A DNA stretch of 63,140 bases, filler included, from Hyphochytrium catenoides (lineage: Eukaryota > Protista > Hyphochytriomycota), in assembly GCA_900088475.1 (NCBI GenBank). It is 9 parts of 9 records of this genome, joined end to end, with 100 filler letters (N's around TTAATTAATTAA, not from the genome) between each part and the next. Parts side by side here need not be neighbours in the genome. Positions count along the whole stretch, not along the records: positions 12,161 to 22,382 come from FLMG01002536.1; positions 22,483 to 24,755 come from FLMG01000854.1; 7 more parts are not named here. One strand, written 5' to 3'. The notes under the pieces are model-generated. The model saw only the letters and a list, made by a program, of their open reading frames with translations. It made no database searches and was not told the origin of the DNA. Below, in pieces: positions 12,415 through 23,914 of the stretch (position 1 is the stretch's first letter; each line of letters starts with the position of its first letter). A program made the position numbers and the translations under genes.

Positions 12415-15400
12415 TTAAGTCTGAGGAGGGGTCCGAGGAGGAGCTTGGTTCATCTTTTCCTCAGGACCACGAGGCGGTGCAGGTAGATGCCCTTCTCTGT
12501 GGACTCCTACTGGTATCGACTTGTTCGCCCAGGGAGCAGCTGTGGAGGCAGAGGGAGCAGCCCAAGGAGCGCGAGTAGCAGGGAGCCCATCTGCCCCAGC
12601 AGCAGCCCATGGAGCTTGTGTCTTCACTCCAAGACCTGGAAAGGGGCCGCAGCAGTAGTGAAAGAGTTGTGAGACGGGGTTAACCTCTCACGAATAGGCA
12701 TAGTCTGGTGAGACTTGCGAGCTTTACCATATCCTGGGCAGTAACAGAGAACATTGCGATCAACTAAACTTACTGGGCTGTCTGACTTCTCTTTCTCCGC
12801 CAGCAGCTGGCTCCCAGTCACAAGGAAGAATTGCACCAAAGACGAAGTGCTGGATGACAGGGAGCTTTCCCAGCACTTCGTTATCGTAGTACTTGAGCAT
12901 CCCACTGTTCACCTTTGTCCAGGATGGGACGCCACTGATGTCGTTCAGCATGGGTGAGCTCTCCGCAAAGGGAACTCCTTTCTTCACCTACAAGGGGTTG
13001 CATCCAGCGCTATTTAGTGGACATGAGAGTCTTTTGACGGCAATAGAAGTTGTTGCAATAAGGCTGAACGTTGACCATCATATCTATAGGAAGTCCTGAG
13101 AAGGACAAGGACACGAAATGGACAAGGTGATAGTTTGGGGCTACGGAGGTTTGACCAGACAGTGATTTGGCTCTTCAAGGAGGGAGCAGAATGTAGTTGG
13201 AGAGGTACAAGAAGTTTCCCGTACTGTCGTGATGAACTTTATGGCATCGAGGTACAGATAGTCGTCCGCGAACTGGGAAATAATATCCTCGTTATGTATG
13301 GAAGACGGCTGAATAAGGGGATGTTCTTCAGGCGGGACGGCGGCATGTCAGAGATACAGTCAAGCACGAAGAGGACCATATTGATATCCATTATATGGGG
13401 CCAAATCAGGCAGAATACGAAGAGTAACGACCCAAGGAGTGCCAGGATGAAAGGGTTGAAATAAAGAGTAGAAGAAGCTCAAGCAATAGCTTCTCAGAAG
13501 TTTCAGTAGACTCGAGTTATCAGAGAGAAATGTCTTGGGCGATCGCTGCAGAGCAAAGCAAGCGCCATAAGTATGGGCGGGGAAGTCATCGAGACGTTGA
13601 GGTAGGAGGGCGACATACCTAAAAGCTGGCTGGCTCCCCAGTAGAAGACTAGCATCTGGTAGTCGTCGAGACCCCAGACGCCATGCGACCCAGCGGGCTC
13701 TAGCATATAAACAGTTTGCAGCCGACGCATCAGCTTTAAATACCTAGAAATAGAGGGATGAACAAAGAATCAGCGTATGCCCAAACATCTCAGGTCAGGG
13801 AGGAAGAATTATTCCAGCTTCAAATGTCAGTGGGGAAGATGATGGCGTCAATCGAAGGTGAGCAAGGACGAGAACAATCCCAAACCCTAGGTGGCTCCAT
13901 AAGAGAAAGCGAACGAATTGGAAAAGGTGTAGGACAGAGAGCCTATAGACCACTAGCAAAGTCCTACTCCTCTCTACCTATCAAAAACTCGCAAAACAAT
14001 GGCTGGGCAGTCAGGGGCCTGCAGGTACCCAATTTTATACAAACAACCTGAGATAGAGGGCAATATCGTCAGCTCCACACACGAAAGAGCAAAGAGCACA
14101 GAGTCAGAACATGCCAAAAGAGGGGAGGTCGCTACGAACAACGAGACTCAGTTCCAAACCCTATGTACCAAACGCCAAGCAGTGATGCTTGCATATGAGA
14201 GCCTAGTAGCCGTGCTTACAAAGGAACATGACGAAGCATGTCTCATGCCCGCTTCCGTAATCTATCCGGGTAGGATTGCCGAAGGAGTCTTGGAGATAGG
14301 GGAGTAGTTCCACTACAGCAGCGTGCAGCTCGGAAGGAAGAACTTCTGAGAGCATATGAGGACTCCTCTGAGCGCAGGCGCGATCACGAGCCAAAAGATT
14401 CGATTTGACGACGTCCAAAAAAAGAGCGAGAAGAGAGCAGAGAGGACCAGCTGAGTACAAGAGTGAAAACAAGAAGGGCTCGGGAGCCTTTTAAGTCATT
14501 TTGTAGAGTCGGCCGGTCGGCTAGTGCATGTGGTATAAGAGACAAAGCAGCATCTCATAACCCCGCAAGGTGGGGAGCTGAGTGGGCCGGATAAACCAGA
14601 AGAGAGTTGCACGGCCAAACAGTGCACGGCCTGGAACTTGCACGATAAGAAGCCCACATTCATCTGAAATGAAAGAAGACTCATATAGACCCATACTTTT
14701 TGTGCACCTACCTCTACGAGTCTTGCATGAAACTTTTTGAAAGCTTTGTTGCCGAATCGGCCCAAAGTTGAGGGTTCTGGCGGGATCTCATCTATCCAGC
14801 TGTCCATCGTATCCAGTATAGACTCTACCTTTGCCAGTGCCTAAGGAGGAGCATATGTCAATAGGACAGCAAGATGTGGGAAGCAAGGGTGCCACTCAAA
14901 AAAGGAAGGGACAACAAGCAAAAGAAACCCAAGGACCAGTGGAAGGGGCAAGGCAATTGTAAGGAGATGAGTCATAGAGCATAAAGGATTTTGCAGATGA
15001 AGCTTTCCAACTTGATTGGTCCGGCCTGCAAACACGACGAATATCAAAAGGGCAAAGGAGGTAGATGGGTGCTAGATGGGTGCTGAATTGCCTCCACTGG
15101 CTCTTGGACTAGAGATAATCTTGGTATACCTCAGAGACAGGATAAGAGTCACTTTTCTTCTTTCCCTTCACACTTTCATTCAGTAACCGCACGAAGAGCA
15201 TGAGTTCTTTATAGCTCTGAGGACGAAGGCATGCGAAGAGAAAAGAAGAGAGATGAGGGGGTGATGGGCATTGAGGAACAGAAAGAGCCATGAAGGTAAA
15301 GGCGTATTAGGCTGAAGGATAAGCAAAACTCCGGCAGATGTTCGCGCGATTGAGAAAACGAGAGCTGAGCAGAGGGATGGAAGAGTGGAAGAAGCTTGAA

Positions 15401-15827
15401 GAGGAAAGGAAGGATTGTGGAGAGAAGGGCACCCTATAGTATGTCCCTCACGAAAAGCGAGAGATGCTGATAAGGGCTGTCTCAACACGTTAGGGAGCCG
15501 CTGAGGGAGCAGAGGTAGAGTGAGATAATAGATCTCAGGCCAAGCAAACGAGCACAAACAGGAATGCAAGGAGGAAGAAAATATTGAGGGCGCCTTAGCT
15601 GTGGCAATCAACTCACACTTAGAGAGAATTGCGTGAAGCAAAGAGGAGAGACTTGACAGGGCGGCATCAGAGAAGTAAAGAAGATAAGAAGCGCAAACTA
15701 AAACCTGAGACTGCCGAAAGGCATGCAGGTCCTGCGGGACGAAGATGGCGCGTTTCGGGAGCTTGTACTGAAAGTCCGCAGCCTTGGTGGGACCGGAGTC
15801 AGTCACTTGTCCCGTTTCGGATGCCAT
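12415..15827 (-). CDS. PTPA: Serine/threonine phosphatase 2A activator (PTPA / Rrd1-Rrd2 family), multi-exon
   Basis: Exons encode [53 protein letters not shown] and [15 protein letters not shown]; ATG at 15827; last exon ends at 12415. Confidence 0.95.
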
Positions 15828-16721
15828 AGTCGCTCGCTTGCTTTAGGAAATCTGGCTTGCTTCTATCCTCCTAAAGCAATGCTGCGTCTTAGCACTGGGC
15901 AGTTCCACTGCGCGGCTCTGTCTTCTCCTGAAGAACTTCTCTATTTGCAGCGCCTCTGTTCTGCTGAAGAAAGCGAGTGTGGAGCCTGCCGCTGCTCGGT
16001 GGGGTGACGCTCCTGCCGCTGCTGCCGCCAGCTCGCGATCAGAACCCTGGCGTTATCTTTTTTGGTACAGACTTGAACTAGATCTGCACGAAGAACTTAG
16101 TCATCTCTTAGAAAGTAACAACCTATCTCCCGAATATGGCTCTAAGTCTGATATTATAGCGCTGCAAGGAAAAGCGTTACCGAATATAGGTGGTGACACT
16201 AAAAGCAGTGATGACAATGGACAGAAAGCAGTAGCAACCAGTTTCTCACTCAACAGACGAAGAGCAAGAAGCCCTGTCCTCTTCCGCTTTGGGATGCTCC
16301 TCGACACCATGCGGCCTTCTCCTCTCCTGTTTCTCCGCCGCTGCTGGTGACCGACCTCATGCAAAAAGCTGGCTACTACTTCGTAGTTTGACGGCGGCTG
16401 CTTCTCTTATAGAGCTGAGGGCCATGGAAGAGCTGGGTTGGAGGACGGTTTAGCTCGTTTCGAAGCCAGTCAACGGCCTAACATACTCATCTCATCGCAC
16501 TCACGCAGAGGCTAGTCAAGCAGAGAGCCCTGTGTGTAGGTTTTGTCTAGGTAGATCGCTGTCTCGAACACATTGGGACGGAGGGAGTCACGCCCAGGAG
16601 TATCGTCCTTGTAGGGTTAGTAGTATCTACATCGACTATCTAGTTTAGGTTATATATATATATATATGTGCAAGGGAACAAAGGGATTCGCTATGCCACC
16701 GTAGAGCTGGTGCTTCGACCC

Positions 16722-19700
16722 TCACGTTATAGTACATCCACCGCTGTATCCATCAAGGTTAACATCGGTCTCACGTCCCCTTCCCCTTGCCCTGAAGAGT
16801 GAATAGGTAAGGTAAGCGCCCAGAAACTCTTGAGTCGTCAACGTCACGCAACAGACAGAATGACAGGACAGGACAAAAAGAGAGAGAGAAAGAAAGAAAA
16901 GTGAGAGACATAGAGAGAGAGAAAGTGAGGAAAGAGGACCGATTAGCGAGTAGTTGCGCATACAATGTCACTTTGGTGTCCTCGATCACTTTCGAAGTAC
17001 CAACGGATAGTCTCCAAGGCCTTACCTCCTATTCTCCGAGTACGCGATCCCATAGTTTCTCTTCAAAAAGCCCCTCAATGACCGATATTCGCTGCTCAGT
17101 CTGCTCATCTGCTTCTCTAGGGTCTGGCGATGCTTTTCATCGTCTTCCTGGGCAAGTTTCTTACCTAAATCTTCAACAGCGTAGGCAGCAGCTCGGAGCC
17201 TATAGCGGGAGGAAGTTCGCGAAAAGCGGAAAGTGACGCAGCGCTTAGACAGAGTAGTAGAAAATGATGGCCCTATAAAAGAATAGGCATCCAACCTCTC
17301 TGCTGCCACATAACTCGAAGCTCCTTTCAGAGAATGTGCTTCCCGATACATTGACGACCAATTTTCCATGTTATAAGCCTAATGAGCAGTTGCCAAACAG
17401 AACAGTATTAGTGAGCAAAACCGGACCGACGTGGCAGCTCCCAAGATCTCTGCCACCTTACCTGAAGGATCCTCTGCATCGTCTGCTGGCTCCCTGCCGC
17501 GAACTTCTGCAGCATGTTCGAGAAGAGCTCTTCATCGCCTCCGCAGTTTTCGAGCCCACTTTCATAATCTATGGGATCGAATCCCTCATTGCCTCCCTCT
17601 AGTCCCTCTGGGGCTGTTTCTCCCGAGGCCTCAAGTTGTCTCTCTCCCGCCGCAGCACTTTGTCCTGGCAGATCTTCTCCTTCGTCGTCTTCCTTTTCTT
17701 CTTTTCCTTCCTCACTCCTCTGTCGCCGCTCTTCTTCAATTCTGGCTCTGAGGATACCCTCAAGCGCGGAATTGGTCCCTGACCCGCTGTCAATAGTGCT
17801 GCCGTTCCCCGGGTCCCCAAAGTCTTGCCCATTCTCGCTACTGTTGGACATGTAAGTGTCTGTGAAGCGTGACGAGTCCCCGGCAACCGCAGCATTAACC
17901 TTGATTCAGGCAAGCAGGAGTTAGTCAGGGCGAACCAGTACGTGTAAGATAAGAAGTGATTGTATAGGGAAAAGGTTCTGGTTTAGGCAAGAGCGGATTC
18001 AAATTAGGCACAACCAAACTCAAAAGCAGAGGAAATCTTATAGAACAGGCCACAGGAGCAGCTGCTCCTGATCCTAGGAATCCCCAGGGACGGGTGTTCG
18101 TTTGCGCAATGACGTGATAGAACAGAACGTTTGATAGAGATGAAAAGTGGGTTTCCGGGTCAAGAGCAGACCTCAAGTTTCATAGTCTCCAAAGCCTGGT
18201 TAACATTGATCGTGTCAATGGCATCAACAGCAGTCGAGGGTAGCTCTTCTCGCTTGAGTACTTCTCCCTTCAGAGGGGTTGACAACTCTTTGCGGCTACT
18301 CTTCCGATCCAAAAGGCATCGCATTACGATGCTGTTCAACTTTTTCCTGGAAAGCAGACAAGGACGGTTGAGTTGAGGTGACGAGAGGTCCAAGCACAGA
18401 CAGATAGTGAACCAGTATGAAGCACACCATCAGAAGGTTAGGAAAACGAAGTGGACATGAAGATTGGCGGACATGGATCATCTCGTACAAGAGCATCGCG
18501 ATTTTCCTGGGAGGGCACAGAGCAAAGTGAACCTGTATCTACCCCTTGCTCACCTTGTAACTGGTTTTGAAAGATACTCGTCCATTCCATGCTTGAGACA
18601 CTTTTCCCGGTCTCCAAGCATTGTGAAGGCAGTCAAACCCACGATAGGAATACGAGGGAGGTTGTGTCTTTGTTCGTACTCTCTTATGCGCACGGTGGCC
18701 TCATAGCCATCCTATGCATGGAGAAAGTGCATAGAGCGAGAGCGAGAGGAACATAGCGGAATGAGAGCCTGTATAATTGGCTCCTCCTCCGACCCTACCC
18801 CTTCATACGTAGCGAGAGCATTCCCCATAATGAACCACTTTTCTTACCATCACTGGCATCTCACAGTCCATGAGTATGATATCATAAACGTTAGCATTCT
18901 TCTCGTATTTCTTGACCGCCTCCTTTCCATTCGTTGCCCAGTCAAATGTGTGCCCTTCTTTCACTAGGAAATTCTGTACTACCTCCATGTTGAAGTTATT
19001 GTCCTGTAAGGGTGTGGAAAGGCAGTGAGAAACACACAGTGGGAGGACTCGGTTTGAAGGGTAGCCCTAGCAGGCGGACCTGAATGAGAGCCAGATTTCA
19101 TCCAAAAGGAAGTGAGAAAGTAGGTGGCATAACCTTCTAGCTGTTTGAGAAACGTGATGACTACGAGGTCAGCTTTGGGACTGATCTGAGACTATAAAAG
19201 TAGGTAAAAAAAGGCTATGATTTGGGAAACTGGCTCACCTCCACCACAAGAACATGTGCTTCCGCCTGCTTCTCTTTCTCTCCTTGCATCTTCAGCAGCG
19301 CCTTCGCTTCCTCCTCATAGCCAATGACATCCAGGACGTTGCTTGGGCCCTCTTGCAGGGCTCCAACATCGGCGCTGGCGCTTTCATTTCTCATGAAAAC
19401 AACCGTGAAATAGAAGGTGGAGCCTTGCCTACCCAAGATGCAACACCGCACAAGTGGCAGTAGGAGACAGTCATGAGGAAGAAAGAAGTGAGCCACCTAA
19501 AAGATACCCTTGGCTTTCGGGGCTACCTTCTCAAGACTGTAGCGTGCAAACCGAATTGATCATGTGGCCATCACACCCGTTAGAACCGTCGAGAATGTTC
19601 CCGGTCGCACTATCTTTTTGTATCATCCTCCCAACCTATTGCTCCGGTCTGAGGCAAGTCTTACTTTGGTTTGCTTTTGACGCCGATCTTTCCGCCCATG

Positions 19701-22382
19701 AGCTCTACGAGCTGCCGGCAAATTGCCAGTCCCAGACCGGATCCAGTGGGATTCTGCTTCCTCGTGCTATTTAACTTGGTGAACATCGAAAATAGATGTC
19801 GCATATCCTCAGTGTTCATCCCAATGCCAGTATCAGTCACCTGTGAATAAGGGATCGTAGTCTTGGTAAGTGCTGCTTATGGCTCAATTTGTTTAGTGCC
19901 GATGGGCACTTAGACGCTCAGACCTTGAAGAGGAGGCACAGCTGACTATCGGCTAGGCCTTCAGGCTGCGGGTCCGCGACGTGACAGCTGACGATAACGC
20001 TGCCTCCCTTTGGGGTGAACTTCACAGCGTTTGATATAAGGTTGAGGATCACCTGCACAGCACAACGAAGCTACATTAGTGGTTGACACAGAGAGAGGCT
20101 GGCAGGCGGCCACCAGTGACAAGGGCCTTTGGGTAAGGGTTAATTAAGATGGAGACAGCTCAAAACTCCTAAGAAGCATGAGACGAGACGAAAGGAGGGG
20201 TGGGGTGTACTCACCTGTCTTAGTCTCATGACATCCCCAGCAACCACTGCAGGTACATCTTGGTCCACTTCCAGCGTCATGACGATGTTGTGGGATGCAG
20301 CCTGCGGCTTCATAAACGCCAGAGTGGTCTCCAAAGCGTGCTTAACATTAAATGGAGAGCATGACACTTCCAGGCGACCAGCCTCAATTTTGGAGAGGTC
20401 CAAGATATCATTGATAAGGTTGAGCAGAAGCGATCCAGAAATGAAAGCAAGTCTAGAGGTGGAGGAGTGTTAGAAGTTGCACACTCGCCAATGGACAGGG
20501 GGTTTACAGGGGAAAATAGAGAGATAGCGCGATAGGAGATGGCCAAGAGCAGCAATGACGAGCAAAGGGACTGCCCCATGACAGGCGATAAAGTAGCCAG
20601 CAAGACGACGGCAAGTGAAATCCGGGCAGTCCATTAAAGTAAAGGAGAAGGGCTTTCACGATGCCAATACGAGCCGCTATCTACTGGTGACCGTTACCTT
20701 GCATATCTCCGTGCTTCCTCGTCTAGATCCATCCCCATTAAGAGCTCCAGCATACCAAGAATGCCATTGAGAGGTGTCCGCAGCTCGTGGCTAAAGGAAG
20801 CAAGGAAGGTGACCTATCGGAGGTACGGAGACAGGTCAAGATCAGCCTCAAGAGCAAAAGGCGACCTATCGAATCAACATCCATTCTNNNNNNNNNNNNN
20901 NNNNNNNNNNNNNNNNNNNNNNNNNNAGCTCCCTCATGTTTTACACCCAAACCAAGCTTGCGCACCTTAGCTTCTTCCATCTTCTTTCTCGCAGTCAAGT
21001 CTTGTCCAATACAGACTACGCTGATGACGTTGCCGTCTACGTCCTTCCTGCCAGTTGCTGACGCCAGAAGTACTCTTTCTTCACCCCTTTTGGTCTTGAA
21101 GGGAAGTTCAAACTCCTCTGTCTCAAGACCGATAAGAGCATTCTCCAGGACCCTGCGTACGTTTGCTCTGCTTTTGGCGGCGACAAAGCTTCGAACCTTT
21201 AAGAACATATATATCAGCACAAGGGTCAGGAACAGCGATGAAATCAAGAATGCTAGAGCGAGCAAGAAAGGAAATGATGTCATTGCTTGCGCCCTTCAGA
21301 CTTATATCCTTACCAGCACCCTCCCAATGACCTCAGACTTGGAGAAACCAGTTATCTCCTCAATCTTCAGGTTCCACTCATTTATTTGCCCCTTGGAGTC
21401 GATTCCAAATATCGGCGCTGCAGAATTGAGAAACATGGATGAGGTTCGCGATAAGTTACGCCGTGAGGGGCGCGTGAGGGGGGAATGGAAGGACAGTTCA
21501 ATAGAAAAAAGATTGGAGCGGAAAGACAGATGGTAGGGCCCATCTACGACTAGACTTTCCGTATGGGATGACGCATCGCCGTTGCAGAAATCGGAGTTGC
21601 TTTGGTACGCAAAAAGAAGAGCAGTACGACTTGAAATGATAAAGGACCAGGAAGGTGGGCACAGGGAATGAGACGAACCATTGGCACTCTCAATGAGTCT
21701 AAAATACTCCTTCTCTTGGGCGATTCTCTCTGTGATGTCCTGCCCAATTCCAACCATGCCCACAATATTTCCCAGATGATCTCGACGCGGTGTCGCACTC
21801 AACAACAGCTCAACCCGTATCCCTATAATCAAACGTCAGGGTCAGATTGAGGAAGGGGGCACAGGATCGTCGAGTCTTGGGCTTTCAAGGGAACATTTAC
21901 TAGTGGATACGAAAGTATGTAGCACAACGCACGAAAGTGTATGCGAGATCGCGGAACAATCTCTCTTTGGAGGGATGTTACCTCTTCTGGTGATCAGTGG
22001 GAACTGGAAATTCGCTGTGTCTTCACCTTGGAGGGCAGATTGAATGACAGCGTTGACCGCATCCCGGTATTCAGGGATGATAAAGTCCTCAACTAGGTTA
22101 CGACCCATAACGTCTTCTTCCTGTGGTTATTGTCAGCTGGCATCCAAAGATAAGTTCTTCCATAGTTCTTTCATTCTACCCTATCTCTTACATCTACAGA
22201 TATTCTGTCCGCCAGCTTCCTGCGCCACGTGCCTCTGTGACCCCTCCAGAACTTACTCTTACATTAATAACCTAATCTCGCTCCCATTCCTTTAGAAGAA
22301 AGTGGTAGCTGCTGCACTGCCTTGACTGAAGGCAATCGGTACGAACCCTATGGTACTCTCTCTCACCTTGAAGTGCGTGATG
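16722..22382 (-). CDS. Multi-PAS hybrid sensor histidine kinase with receiver, fused HPt domain and CaaX-like C-terminus; 5' truncated
   Basis: PAS repeats (APIFGID...NEWN, GIGQDIT); H-box [11 protein letters not shown]; N/G boxes [24 protein letters not shown]; REC (LVVE|[12 protein letters not shown]|DG, GLTA, SKPV); HPt AHSLKGASS; final exon ...GGCTIT*. Kinase and REC are certain. Fusion to HPt and the last exon rests on phase-compatible splice sites. Confidence 0.85.
17026..17899 (-). CDS. Linker and histidine phosphotransfer (HPt) exons of the kinase gene
   Basis: [24 protein letters not shown]...[18 protein letters not shown]|RAAAYAVE. The acceptor before 17899 has a CTGACTAAC branch-like motif and is in frame with ORF 17408..17851. 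Confidence 0.88.
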
Positions 22383-23458
22383 NNNNNNNNNNNNNNNNNN
22401 NNNNNNNNNNNNNNNNNNNNNNNNNNTTAATTAATTAANNNNNNNNNNNNNNNNNNNNNNNNNNNNNNNNNNNNNNNNNNNNTCAAGCAAATGTCCTTCT
22501 GAAGGGGCTCCGGCGTTCGAGGGTTAACTTGGTAGACCAGCGGGTTACGCACCTGCTAAAGTTGCATCAACGTCTTGCTTCCCCCCAGCATCCTTCCTCA
22601 CATCTCACTCACACATCATCTTACCTCCCACTCCCGTAGGTAGGCTTTTCTTCTTCTTCGCACGACTCGCCTGCTCCTCCCGCGCTGCTGCTGCCATCAT
22701 CATAATGCTGCCTTACTACTACTGCAGTCATGTTGGAGGCCATTACTCAAGCTCTACTTCTTGCGTCTCTTCTGCAGCTATAACATATGGCAAAAATGTA
22801 GGTTGCCGCCAGTAGTCTTCTTAGGATTACTACCCCAACTCAGTAACAAAGGTAATTTTCGTCCGTAATGAGGGACCTTTTTTCCAACTGCTGATGATTG
22901 AGGCGATGACATAAAAAGGAGATTTATGGCTATCCGTAAGGGAAGTGAGGTCAGTTGCAGCGGATGCGGTGAGAAAGGCCATAATATCCCAACATGTCCA
23001 ACAAAAACGTACAGGTTCTGTGCGGAGTGCCACCAGTAGACGTTCTAATGGTAGTAGCGGTAATAAATGGTAATAAGTACTACCATCATCGGCGACGACT
23101 GTTTCCGGGAGGTTGAAAGGGAACAAGATGATGGAGAACGAGGACGCGGGGGAGTCCGAGACGCGGCGTGGAAGAGAGGCCAACCGCTCGCGGGACTAAT
23201 AAGGGCCATGATGGCAACAATTTGTCCATTTGGCGGTCGTTCAGTACTTTGGCGGTACTCTTTGACGACAACAACATCATCCACACCACCCAGCCAGGCT
23301 AACAGAACAAGCGCAAGGGAATGGACAACAAAGAAAAGAGAATGGTAAAGCAGTCGCTACTAGTACCACAGCAGCAGTCACAATCGGCAATAGACGAGCA
23401 GCAATTAGCACTGACACTCCAGCGGTCCGCAACAACAATGCTAGGGCAAACAGCAGTG

Positions 23459-23914
23459 TGTTATAGGTGCACTTCCTCCACTGCTGGTTAACCACCTGAT
23501 TCGCTGGATGATGATCGGGGCCCGCATATGGGATGCGACCTCTCCTTTAGACATAATTCTCAGGTAGTCCTGACTCGAAGAGTCAACGAATAGCTCTGAC
23601 GACGGATGCTCTCTTTCATTTCCCTTTCTTCCCTCTTCTTCTTCTTTGCATGTGCTTAGGATAGCCTGCTGTTGACCCAACCTCTCTTGCAGGTTACTCT
23701 TCTATCTTCGCATTTCTCAGCTAGAGTGACTCTTTCATGAGGGAGACTCTTTCACCTATGTATGGCAGTTAATAGAGTAATCTCTAAAGTAGAAGATACT
23801 TTGCTCCTTGCGAGTGTTCCCGCGAAGTCTTACTTTGCGTGGTGCTTGTCTGAACTGAGGCCTGGCCAGCCAAGGTACAGACAGAGCACCTTCTCTCTCT
23901 CTCTCTCTCTCTAG
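23459..23914 (+). mobile_element. LTR copy (same family as the solo LTR at 54037-54504), 3' end lost in an N gap
   Basis: Starts TGTTATA and is colinear with 54037-54470, sharing e.g. GTGTTCCCGCGAAGTCTT and AAGGTACAGACAGAGCACCTTCTCTCTCT. Confidence 0.8.

Noticed and set aside
17408-17851. Stand-alone HPt gene starting at MSNSSENG
   Set aside because: Not preferred because an in-frame splice acceptor 48 nt upstream links it to the kinase; not fully excluded without transcripts.
20787-21536. 249-aa plus-strand ORF and similar antisense ORFs (e.g. 42003-42572, 29351-29878)
   Set aside because: Antisense shadows of well-supported genes on the other strand.
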